Source: an uncultured Alcanivoracaceae bacterium (GTDB lineage Bacteria; Pseudomonadota; Gammaproteobacteria; Pseudomonadales; Alcanivoracaceae). From it: a stretch of 55,802 nt of DNA. The notes beneath the pieces are model-generated. The model saw only the letters and a list, made by a program, of their open reading frames with translations, was not told the origin of the DNA and searched no databases. Location of the stretch: contig CAYVZZ010000002.1 of assembly GCA_964456185.1 (NCBI GenBank), forward strand, positions 1-55,802. The letters are read 5' to 3'. This document shows positions 1-7,756 of this stretch, piece after piece; within the stretch, counting starts at the first letter, position 1; every line of letters starts with the position of its first letter. Both the position numbers and the translations under genes were made by a program.

Positions 1-630
1 GTGGTGCAGCCCTAGTCCAGGATGCAGACCAGCTGCAACCACCGCACGCGCACAAGCAGCACGAATAATGGCATAGCCATAGTTTAATGCACGGTTAATG
101 GCATCTTCTTCCTTCGGGCGGCGCCGGAAGGTATCGTTAAACAAGGTACGCCAGTAGTACTTGGCAGCTTGTGCTTCAATGTTGTCTGGATCGCCAGAGC
201 GCACCTTGTTAATCATACGAGTGAATTGGCGAGGCGCTGCTTTGTTATCTGGGAAAGCCATTATTGCAACGCTTTGTTGACCGGAAATTTTGGCTTTGAC
301 GATGGCTTGCCACAGGCGCTTACGCAGTGGCAAAGTTGCCGCTAATTGCTGCTGCAAAACGCCGGTGGATTGGTAATGCGTACCATACGGCAAACAAAGT
401 GATAACGGGTGGTAATTGTGCCCGCAAATCACAATGGGCACCCCCTCCTCTGCCAGCCGCACCATAACCGGTTTGGAAAGCGTGGATTGTTCGGCGGTGA
501 GCAGCAGGCAGTTGAGTTCATCAATAACCACCCGCCCCTGCTCTTCTTCGCCTTTCATCACCACCAAGAAGCCTCGGTACAGCTTGGCATAGAGGCCGTT
601 GGTGGCGAGATCCACCACATTCCAGCGCAT
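1..630 (-). CDS. cas1: Cas1 integrase, type II; partial, C-terminus runs off the left edge
   Basis: Absent from the ORF track because it is open at the edge. My translation from ATG 630-628 gives MRWNVVDLATNGLYAKLYRGFLVVMKGEEEQ...EDAINRALNYGYAIIRAACARAVVAAGLHPGLGLHH, the Cas1 NxxLNYGYAIxR...GLHP pattern. The start lies 1 nt after the cas9 stop (TAA 634-632). Confidence 0.9.
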   Translation of the reverse strand, partial: MRWNVVDLATNGLYAKLYRGFLVVMKGEEEQGRVVIDELNCLLLTAEQSTLSKPVMVRLAEEGVPIVICGHNYHPLSLCLPYGTHYQSTGVLQQQLAATLPLRKRLWQAIVKAKISGQQSVAIMAFPDNKAAPRQFTRMINKVRSGDPDNIEAQAAKYYWRTLFNDTFRRRPKEEDAINRALNYGYAIIRAACARAVVAAGLHPGLGLHH

Positions 631-631
631 G

Positions 632-3600
632 TTACATCCTTAGTTTCTCCACATGATTACTCTGAAACACTGCATTTATACTTTTGTGATTTTGCCCTTT
701 TGGATTAGCTAATAGATTGGGTTGAATATCAAACTTATTTTTCAGAGAATCAAACCCTGCAACACGCCAAACACTTGTTTCACCCGTTGTCACATCCGTC
801 AACCTGATGTTGTCAGATTTAAACAACCGCATTAACTTCTTAGCCGCCGGATGTGGAACCATCTCTTTCGTCTTAGGATGCTTCGATAACGGTCTAAATT
901 GAGGAGCATCCGGGTTATCCCGGTGTTCTTTCACATCGGAGTACGGCACAAAGATACCTTGATACTTATATTGCCATTTACCTGTTTTTTTGTCTTTCTT
1001 ATGGGGAATTTGCCATACATCGCAATAAGCATAGCTATTTTTGGCGTATCCTTTAAAAGGCGCGCTCTCAATACGTTTAATAGAATTATTCGGAACACGT
1101 ATACGAACCTTTTTAATGCCCGTTTCGGCACTAAAAGCTTTTAAGCGTTCCTCCAACACCTTGTCTTTTACTACCTTACCTAATGCTTTTGATGCTTTGG
1201 GTGCATCCAAGTCGTTTAGCAAATGGTTCGCTAAGGCAAAGCCACTAAGCCCCTGTTTATCAGTCACTCCTTGACACAGATTCTGTACTAATTGCGCTCT
1301 ATGAGCATTACCACAAATTTGAAACACTTCACTTCTACTGAGGCTAGTCACCGCTTTTCGCGTAAAACCATAAATCTGACCATCTATCTCAGCTATGCCG
1401 TAGGCCGTATCGTTAAACATCGAACCATTGTGAGTATGGTCTGGCTTGTATGACGCAATCACATATTCCTGCTTTTCATACAGTTGGTCACGTAGCTCAG
1501 GGATGTCTGTAACGCGCGCTTTAAGGAAGTGATAAAGGTCTTTTTCCGTTTGGCGCTTAAAATCACGCTGTGCACTTAATTGCTGGACTAAACGCCTTGA
1601 TGTCAGCCCCACCACAAACGCATCCACAATATGATGACGATGGTCTTCGCGGTAATTGCCCGCCTCCTTGTCCTTGTAGCGATTAAGGTTCCACACGTCA
1701 CGCAACACGGCAGTTAGTCGGCCATTAACGGGCGCGACCTTGGCGACATTATCGGAGAATAGGCACGACAAATAGCGCGCCGCGGTACGCGAGATATAGC
1801 GCGTATCGTTCAACTCCCGTTCTAAAATGGTGCCGCTGTCTTTGCCATAGAACTTGTCAAAAGCGCCAGGTAGGAAACGGTCATATTTGCGGCCTTGACC
1901 AAAGGCAATTAATGCCCGTTTTTGCATATCTGCTTGATTAAACTTGCCCACCTCGGCTGGCGTATTATTGCCTTTAATATTGTTTTCGTTTTTGAAGGCT
2001 AAGGTCTTATTGGCCATGCCATCGTCATAACAGCGGCTAAACGGAATAATATGCTCAATTTCTACGTCGCCATTAAACAACTGACGTGCGGAAATGGTTT
2101 GCCCCATAAAAATAGTAACTCGGGCACCTTCCTTGCCCAATTCTTCCCATAAAATATATTTCTGGAAATCATCGCGGCTCGGTCGTTCAATGCCCAGCTC
2201 AGCCAACTCCTTACGGATACGATCCTTGTTTTTCTTGTTGGCGTTAATACGCTTCTCAATTTCCTGGCGGGCCTTCTTGGAGTTTTTCAGATCACGGGTT
2301 AGCTCCAAGTGGATTTTGGCAGGCTTACCGCCCTGTTTTTTAATAATCCGGTTAACCACTACGCGTAACTGATTGAGCGCCACATGCACCGTCGGGTTGG
2401 CAATCTTGCCGTATTCAAAAGCGTCGTTATCGCGTTCTTCTTCGGGCTTGCGCTCATCCACTTCGGAATGATCACCCCACACCGAATCAACCAACACTTC
2501 GCCGTAATAAGGCAACTCATCACGTTCCACGTGAGAAAAATGACTATGGTGCAAATCAGTACCTAGCCGTTCCCCCAATTCTTTTACTGCATCGCTAAAC
2601 ACCAGCCCCGTTTCTTTCAAAACCGGATTGATTTGCTTCATAAATTTCAAAGACACGGCCATGGTGTTGCGCTTGAAACGCATCTTGGCTAATCGTTCGA
2701 CCTGCTCATCTTGCAATTGAGGAACACGCTCACGAATACCCTCCTTGACTTGGTCATCCTCCATGACAATTTCTCGACCTTCGGCATCTTGGGCCACAGG
2801 GTTAATCAGAAAGGCAATTAGCTCATTTAGCTTGTCATCGTCTAGTGTGTCTGCCAGCTTGCCCAATCGTTCAGGTTTGCGCAGATCGCACATAACCTCA
2901 TTGCCAAACAATTTGTTACTGCGACTGCCAATATCCAGGTTAAATTGAGCATCAGTGGGGAACAATGGCGAACCATGTTCATCTTTCAAGCGTTTTGGTA
3001 TCGACTTAAAGGAGATACTTTTGTTGTGATCTAGATAATCATAAAGTGCTAACCGCTGACGCTCATCCAACCATGAACTTTCGCCCTGTGACTCATAGCG
3101 CAGCATGTTCACTTCCTGATAAATCCGAAAACGCTGCGCCGCCGGTAATCCGGATGCGGCACGCGGTTCATCTGGATAAAAACGACATTTCCCCTTTGGC
3201 ACGGGCTTCAAAGGGTATTGGAAAAATGCGGTTTCACGCAGCATTTCCCATTGTTCATCCGTCAGCAACGTATTGCCCTGGGTTTGCTGAATGCGTTCCC
3301 ATTCATCGGCATACATGGCGCGGTCGGCATAAAAATCGGTTTCGCCATTACGGAAGCGCACCACTTGTTGCTCAACCGGACAGCCTTTTTCGCGTAACAC
3401 ACGATTACTCTCGTTTTTGGCGTGTAGGTACTCCCCTAATGTTTGGTCGCCCAGCTTTTCACGTAGACTGGCAATTTTTTTCTTGTAATCGCTTTCTTCT
3501 GAATCACCAGCCAAGCGATTGGACTTGAACCCGCGTCGACGGCCGATATGAAACAAAGCGCGCCCTAAAGTATGCGCGTCAACCGACTGGTTAGCCGCTT

Positions 3601-3922
3601 TTGCGCGTGCTGCGTAGGGATCGATCTTATTGAATACGTCACGCCGAGTTTCTTCATCTTCTGGCAACAAACCACATTCAATTAATTCTCGTACCAACCG
3701 GCGCACACGGTTTTGTCCACGGTCACGATTACGACGAATACCACGCGCCATACGGCGGGCAACAGCTAAGGGTTCTTTGGATTTGGGATCACGTCCATTA
3801 GGAAAAATACGCACGCCAATATCGCGCAAAGCGACTGGCTGCTCTTTGTCGTCTATATCGAACAGTGCATAGCCAATGGATGAAGTCCCCAGATCAAGCG
3901 AAAGCAAATACGGTTTTTTCAT
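632..3922 (-). CDS. cas9: Cas9 endonuclease, compact type II-C-like, 1096 aa
   Basis: RuvC-I SLDLGTSSIGYA; Arg-rich bridge helix ARRMARGIRRNRDRGQNRVRR; RuvC-II KIHLELTRD; HNH DVEIEHIIPFSRCYDDGMANKTLAFKNENNIKGNNTP; RuvC-III HRHHIVDAFVV. Start placed at ATG 3922 (MKKPYLL) because AAGGAA lies 8 nt upstream. cas1 follows directly with no csn2/cas4 between. Confidence 0.93.
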   Translation of the reverse strand: MKKPYLLSLDLGTSSIGYALFDIDDKEQPVALRDIGVRIFPNGRDPKSKEPLAVARRMARGIRRNRDRGQNRVRRLVRELIECGLLPEDEETRRDVFNKIDPYAARAKAANQSVDAHTLGRALFHIGRRRGFKSNRLAGDSEESDYKKKIASLREKLGDQTLGEYLHAKNESNRVLREKGCPVEQQVVRFRNGETDFYADRAMYADEWERIQQTQGNTLLTDEQWEMLRETAFFQYPLKPVPKGKCRFYPDEPRAASGLPAAQRFRIYQEVNMLRYESQGESSWLDERQRLALYDYLDHNKSISFKSIPKRLKDEHGSPLFPTDAQFNLDIGSRSNKLFGNEVMCDLRKPERLGKLADTLDDDKLNELIAFLINPVAQDAEGREIVMEDDQVKEGIRERVPQLQDEQVERLAKMRFKRNTMAVSLKFMKQINPVLKETGLVFSDAVKELGERLGTDLHHSHFSHVERDELPYYGEVLVDSVWGDHSEVDERKPEEERDNDAFEYGKIANPTVHVALNQLRVVVNRIIKKQGGKPAKIHLELTRDLKNSKKARQEIEKRINANKKNKDRIRKELAELGIERPSRDDFQKYILWEELGKEGARVTIFMGQTISARQLFNGDVEIEHIIPFSRCYDDGMANKTLAFKNENNIKGNNTPAEVGKFNQADMQKRALIAFGQGRKYDRFLPGAFDKFYGKDSGTILERELNDTRYISRTAARYLSCLFSDNVAKVAPVNGRLTAVLRDVWNLNRYKDKEAGNYREDHRHHIVDAFVVGLTSRRLVQQLSAQRDFKRQTEKDLYHFLKARVTDIPELRDQLYEKQEYVIASYKPDHTHNGSMFNDTAYGIAEIDGQIYGFTRKAVTSLSRSEVFQICGNAHRAQLVQNLCQGVTDKQGLSGFALANHLLNDLDAPKASKALGKVVKDKVLEERLKAFSAETGIKKVRIRVPNNSIKRIESAPFKGYAKNSYAYCDVWQIPHKKDKKTGKWQYKYQGIFVPYSDVKEHRDNPDAPQFRPLSKHPKTKEMVPHPAAKKLMRLFKSDNIRLTDVTTGETSVWRVAGFDSLKNKFDIQPNLLANPKGQNHKSINAVFQSNHVEKLRM

Positions 3923-3940
3923 TATTTTCATTCCTTGGTG

Positions 3941-3969
3941 TTGACAAGATGCCCCTGTAATGTAGCATT
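3941..3969. promoter_or_regulatory. Back-to-back promoter-like elements between cas9 and the upstream structured region
   Basis: Plus strand: TTGACA (3941-3946), 16-nt spacer, TAGCAT (3963-3968), pointing away from cas9. Minus strand: extended -10-like TGCTACATT (3969-3961), pointing into cas9. Motif matches only. Confidence 0.3.
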
Positions 3970-3971
3970 GA

Positions 3972-4105
3972 AATCGTGGCGACGGCCACAGTGTGGTGAC
4001 GATCACACTTAAAAGCTTTAGCAGCTTAGGAAACGTGCTTCTGAATCCGTTAACAAGTTTCAAAACACAAAATCGATAACCCCGCTACGGCGGGGTTACG
4101 TTTAT
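3972..4105 (+). ncRNA. Candidate tracrRNA (strand and ends uncertain)
   Basis: Non-coding region next to cas9 with several local hairpins (GTGGC-gacg-GCCAC, AGTGTG-N8-CACACT). It ends in a 9-bp GC hairpin TAACCCCGC-TACG-GCGGGGTTA followed by CGTTTAT, which resembles the 3' ends I recall for II-C tracrRNAs. A promoter-like TTGACA-N16-TAGCAT lies just upstream. No repeat is available in the window to confirm an anti-repeat. Confidence 0.3.
4061..4105. terminator. Hairpin terminator usable on either strand
   Basis: Stem 4077-4085 / 4090-4098 (9 bp, tetraloop TACG). The minus-strand reading is followed by TCGATTTTGTGTTTTG, so it could terminate phd-parE. The plus-strand reading is followed by CGTTTAT. 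Confidence 0.55.
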
Positions 4106-4203
4106 CTGGAGTAAGTGCTTGCTTTGGAATAGTGGTGCGGGCAATTGGCATTGCTGTGGCCGATGTGATCGGCTCCTACAGACACATGGGCTGTATCATC
4201 GGA

Positions 4204-4509
4204 TCAATGGTCATTCTCTAGCATGTACAAACGCAGATCACGTTCATCTCGCACGACGTGCAGCATGAAAACTGTCTCATCCTCTATGCGGTAAATAATC
4301 CGGCAGGGCTTCACTAGTATTTCGCAATAAATGGATTTTGGTAGCTCTGGTGGGATGCGCCCCGAACGCGGAAAATCTTCAAGACGGGTGACTTTCTCGA
4401 ACACTCTCTGCACTAGGTCTCTAGCTGCTTTGGGGTTATCCAGTGCGATGTATTCGGCAATATTATCAAGTGTCTGTAAAGCAGGTTCCGTCCATATTAT
4501 GTTAGCCAC
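4204..4509 (-). CDS. ParE/RelE-family type II toxin
   Basis: 101 aa, MANIIWTEPALQTLDNIAEYIALDNPKAARDLV...FPRSGRIPPEL...IIYRIEDETVFMLHVVRDERD, the typical ParE pattern. GTG start overlaps the upstream antitoxin stop by 13 nt. Confidence 0.85.
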   Translation of the reverse strand: MANIIWTEPALQTLDNIAEYIALDNPKAARDLVQRVFEKVTRLEDFPRSGRIPPELPKSIYCEILVKPCRIIYRIEDETVFMLHVVRDERDLRLYMLENDH

Positions 4510-4754
4510 TTGCTCATCCTTTCCTTGGCTTCTTCATGGCTGCATGTTCGTCCTTCTACCACCGCTCGTTCGCCGCGCGACAAGCCTTCAAGCAACTCGA
4601 GTCGGCGCTGCATGAGTTCGTAATCTTTTACATCTACAAGATAGGCCGAAGGGTTGCCGTATTCCGTGATAAGCACGGGCTCTTTTGTTTGGTGCAAATC
4701 GGCCAATATTTTGGTGGCTTGGCGCTTTAAGTTGGTTACCAGCTCCACTTTCAT
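4497..4754 (-). CDS. Phd/YefM-family antitoxin
   Basis: 85 aa, MKVELVTNLKRQATKILADLHQTKEPVLITEYGNPSAYLVDVKDYE. Position and overlap with the ParE toxin are typical of a TA operon. Confidence 0.85.
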   Translation of the reverse strand: MKVELVTNLKRQATKILADLHQTKEPVLITEYGNPSAYLVDVKDYELMQRRLELLEGLSRGERAVVEGRTCSHEEAKERMSKWLT

Positions 4755-4780
4755 GGTTTTATTCCCGGCTGAAGAATTAA

Positions 4781-4800
4781 AGTATCACTATAGTATCACT
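4781..4800 (-). promoter_or_regulatory. Probable phd-parE operator/promoter
   Basis: Perfect direct repeat AGTATCACT (4781-4789) and AGTATCACT (4792-4800), 27 nt upstream of the phd ATG. The minus-strand reading AGTGATACTATAGTGATACT contains a TATAGT -10-like box. Confidence 0.45.
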
Positions 4801-4949
4801 TTGACGTTGAGGACTCATGCTGTCGCATGTCAAGCAGCTTACAAATTTCCTTCATGTTAGTATCGAAGAGGTGGTATTGTAGTTAATGTTATTTGCATTA
4901 AATTTTATACACTTAAAAATCAACAAATTACAATCATGCGATGTAGTTA

Positions 4950-5911
4950 ATGAATAAATCCGATGTATATAATCTGAGATTAGTAAGCCCATCTTTTGAT
5001 TCCCCGCTGGTGGACACATTGATGGAGCTAAACCACTTACGTCGCTTGCAGTTGGCTGGCACCACTCGCCCTTGGATATTTTTTCAACTAAAGCGCATTT
5101 TTCATCTAATGGAAAGTGTCGGGTCGGCACGCATTGAAGGCAACCGCACCACTATATCGGAGTATGTTGAGCAGAAAATTGAACATGGAATGTGGGCATT
5201 GCCGGCTCTCAACACTTACCGCCCGAGCACTACCAGGTGCAGCCTTTTATGGATGAATGGCTGGCCTTTATCAATGACGCCGATGCCAGCAAGTATGATT
5301 TATTGAAAACCGCTCTGGCACACCATCGCTTTGTGTGGATTCACCCTTTTGGTAATGGCAATGGCCGCACGGTTCGGCTGGTCACCTATGCGCTGCTAAT
5401 CAAATATGGCTTCAACGTACAAAGTGGCAAGATTCTTAACCCAACAGCGGTGTTTTGTAATGATAGAGATGCATATTATGCCAAGTTGTCTGCCGCCGAT
5501 GTGGGCAGTGATGCAGCTCTGCTCGATTGGTGTGATTATGTATTAAGTGGTGTGTTAGAAGAAGTTAGCAAAGTCAACAAACTGTTAGATTTTGACTTCC
5601 TGCTCCAGCGGGTTTTACTGCCAACACTGGAAATGGCCATTAACCGCGGCTATATCAACAAGGATGAGGCTAAGGTGTTGCGATTGGGCTTGAAGAAACA
5701 AGAGTTCAAGACGGCAGACCTGAATGCTGCTTTGCCCAGCCTTTCATCACGTCAACGAACCCATCTCATTGCCAAAATGAAAGCTGCCGACTTCATTAAG
5801 CCACTTAAAACCAATGGACGCATTTATTATGTTTGCTTCACCAACAACTACCTCATGCGTTGCTTGGTACGCACGCTAGAACAAACTGGTTTTATCCCGC
5901 CCATTAGCTAG
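4950..5911 (+). pseudogene. Fic-domain (AMPylase family) gene, frameshifted and internally shortened
   Basis: ORF 4950-5306 carries a Fic_N-like segment with the inhibitory motif SARIEGN. ORF 5192-5911, in a different frame, carries HPFGNGNGRTVR plus a C-terminal winged-helix-like tail. The frames switch near 5190, and the spacing between the inhibitory helix and the Fic motif is much shorter than in intact class II Fic proteins. Confidence 0.6.
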
Positions 5912-6563
5912 CCTCCACCACCGGAAAAGCCGGGTCGCCCCAGAGGGTGTTGGGGTTGTCCATCATCAGCTCAATGAGCGTGGGCACTACGTCATCCAAA
6001 ATGGCCATACAGTCGCGGATTTGGTCGCGATTGACTTGGCCTTGCCAGGTGGCGCCGCCGTGGATGATTTGATTACGAAGCGTGTAGATGCGGCTAAACA
6101 CGATGGCGAGTACACCGGCGGCGTCTTGTTTGGCAAGCGACATTTGTGCGAAGTGACGGGCTTTGGTGAATTTGTCTTGCCATTCGGCTTCGGTGAGTTG
6201 ACCGTTTTGGTGCGCCCAGAAATCGGCAAAAACGTAGGGGTTGTCGAGCAGTACACGAATGGCGCTGGGGTATTTTTCCCACACCAGTTTGCCTAGCTTG
6301 TCGTTGACATCCAGGTCACGCAGTTTTTCAAAAAAAGCATTAAAAACGGCTTTTTCGCCATTGAATACACGGCTGTCGATGTCGGTGGCGTAGGCGGCGT
6401 TGAAGGCAATCCACAGAAAGATGAAGCGGCTGTCCGGGTCGTCTTCTTGTTCAGCGCGATTGAGCCAGCTTAGGGCGCGATGGACGCGCAGGGAGAGGTT
6501 GGTTGGCCAGTTGTCGCGCTCGTCGCGTTGGCGTTTTTTTAAGGTGTTATAGTCGGCAGTCAT
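5904..6563 (-). CDS. HEPN-like protein with Rx4H motif, function unknown
   Basis: 219 aa, all-helical-looking. LRNQIIHGG (R163-x4-H168, nt 6077-6060) fits the HEPN RNase motif. Also has the conserved-looking FIFLWIAFNAAY block. No MNT or other antitoxin partner is adjacent. Confidence 0.55.
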   Translation of the reverse strand: MTADYNTLKKRQRDERDNWPTNLSLRVHRALSWLNRAEQEDDPDSRFIFLWIAFNAAYATDIDSRVFNGEKAVFNAFFEKLRDLDVNDKLGKLVWEKYPSAIRVLLDNPYVFADFWAHQNGQLTEAEWQDKFTKARHFAQMSLAKQDAAGVLAIVFSRIYTLRNQIIHGGATWQGQVNRDQIRDCMAILDDVVPTLIELMMDNPNTLWGDPAFPVVEAS

Positions 6564-6687
6564 TTTTGTTGTCTTAGTTATGGGACAGCCCTAATCACAC
6601 CAGTAAAATCAGCTTGGGGCAAGCATCCTGCGCCACCTATTAAATAAAGCAGCAAACTTTCCCCACCATAAATAGATGCACATACTA

Positions 6688-7254
6688 TTAGAGAAAATTG
6701 CTGTACTGCTGTAATCGTGAAACGGTTTGCGGCAATTGTTGTTTTTGAAGAATGGCTAGAAATTGCTTGATAGTCAAAGGAGGGTGTTTTAGTGCAGCAC
6801 GTTGCTGACGGATGGCTTGGCAACAGGCACCGGGGGCCAGATCAATCTGGTAACAAATAAAATCATCGGGATGCAATAGCTCAATACCATAAGGTTTTAA
6901 CGCCGAGGGAGGAAAATCCTTTTGGTTAAACGTAATAATTGCATCTGCATGGCAATGAATGGCGGCCGCTAACACATGCCGGTCATCTGGATCGGGCAAG
7001 GTCAACGCATCAATTAACGCTTCATAGCCAGTCACCTTTGCATCTTTTGCATGTGCGTCCATGAGGTCACGGACGCGTTCTAGCATGGCTCGATCATATT
7101 TACCGCGACGCAATAACGCGTTAATCCACTCGTCGTGAATTTTGTCTGTCCAGTGAGCATGATACAAATCAATCATTGCCAAACGCATTAATGTGTCACG
7201 CAGCGGGGCGGGATATAACACACAAGCATCGTAAACGACCGTAAAACGTCGCAT
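6688..7254 (-). CDS. PIN-domain toxin (VapC-like, PIN_3 type)
   Basis: MRRFTVVYDACVLYPAPLRDTLMRLA...DPDDRHVLAAAIHCHADAIITFNQKDF. Start set at ATG 7254, 4 nt after the upstream HTH gene stop. Confidence 0.8.
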   Translation of the reverse strand: MRRFTVVYDACVLYPAPLRDTLMRLAMIDLYHAHWTDKIHDEWINALLRRGKYDRAMLERVRDLMDAHAKDAKVTGYEALIDALTLPDPDDRHVLAAAIHCHADAIITFNQKDFPPSALKPYGIELLHPDDFICYQIDLAPGACCQAIRQQRAALKHPPLTIKQFLAILQKQQLPQTVSRLQQYSNFL

Positions 7255-7258
7255 TAAC

Positions 7259-7711
7259 TCAATACCCCATGTCTTTTTGCTGGGATAGAGCACCTAATTC
7301 ATCCAACGCTTGGCGTCGTTTTATCGCAATCGTTTCTTTGTATGCCAGCACGTCTGTAAGACGAACACGGCGGTGCGTGCCGACTTTGTGAAAATCTATA
7401 GCACCGTCTTCGAGCAATTTGACGAGGTGTGGCCGGCTGACATTGAGCAAATCGGCCGCTTCTTGTGTGCCAATCTCCTGATGATAAGGAATCAGGCTAA
7501 CAGCGTTGCCTTGAGCCATCTCGGAGAGCACATTAAGCAAAATGTGTACTACGTGCCCAGGCAAGATCATTTCATCAGTGTGACTGTTATCTCCACGCAG
7601 TGTGAGATGTACACGCTGCGCATCGGCATATTTGGATAATACACGACTGGAATCGCGTGCCTGTTGAACCTCCTCTGGCGTGGGCAATGAGGTGATGGAT
7701 TGTAGGGTCAT
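7259..7711 (-). CDS. Excisionase/MerR-type HTH antitoxin partner of the PIN toxin
   Basis: 150 aa with IGTQEAADLLNVSRPHLVKLLEDGAIDFHKVGTHRRVRLTDVLAYK (HTH_17-like). It lies immediately upstream of the PIN gene. Confidence 0.75.
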   Translation of the reverse strand: MTLQSITSLPTPEEVQQARDSSRVLSKYADAQRVHLTLRGDNSHTDEMILPGHVVHILLNVLSEMAQGNAVSLIPYHQEIGTQEAADLLNVSRPHLVKLLEDGAIDFHKVGTHRRVRLTDVLAYKETIAIKRRQALDELGALSQQKDMGY

Positions 7712-7756
7712 CTTGCATCTCCCCTATTCTCAATTTGCTCGTTTGGTCATAGTATA

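Noticed and set aside
409-708. 99-aa plus-strand ORF spanning the cas1/cas9 junction
   Set aside because: It is antisense to both cas genes, is His/Gly-rich and has no motif.
3923-4063. 47-codon N-terminal extension of the cas9 ORF (MKLVNGFRSTFPKLLK...)
   Set aside because: It has no Cas9-like sequence and no RBS at 4063, whereas ATG 3922 has AAGGAA at good spacing and starts right at the RuvC-I motif. The region is better explained as promoter or tracrRNA DNA.
3984-4171. Two 8-mers (GGCCACAG, CGATCACA) recur as reverse complements about 165 bp apart; considered as terminal inverted repeats of a MITE or a long-range RNA stem
   Set aside because: The order of the two motifs is the same in both copies rather than mirrored, so they cannot form a simple hairpin or inverted terminal repeats. 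Each copy is already part of a local palindrome.
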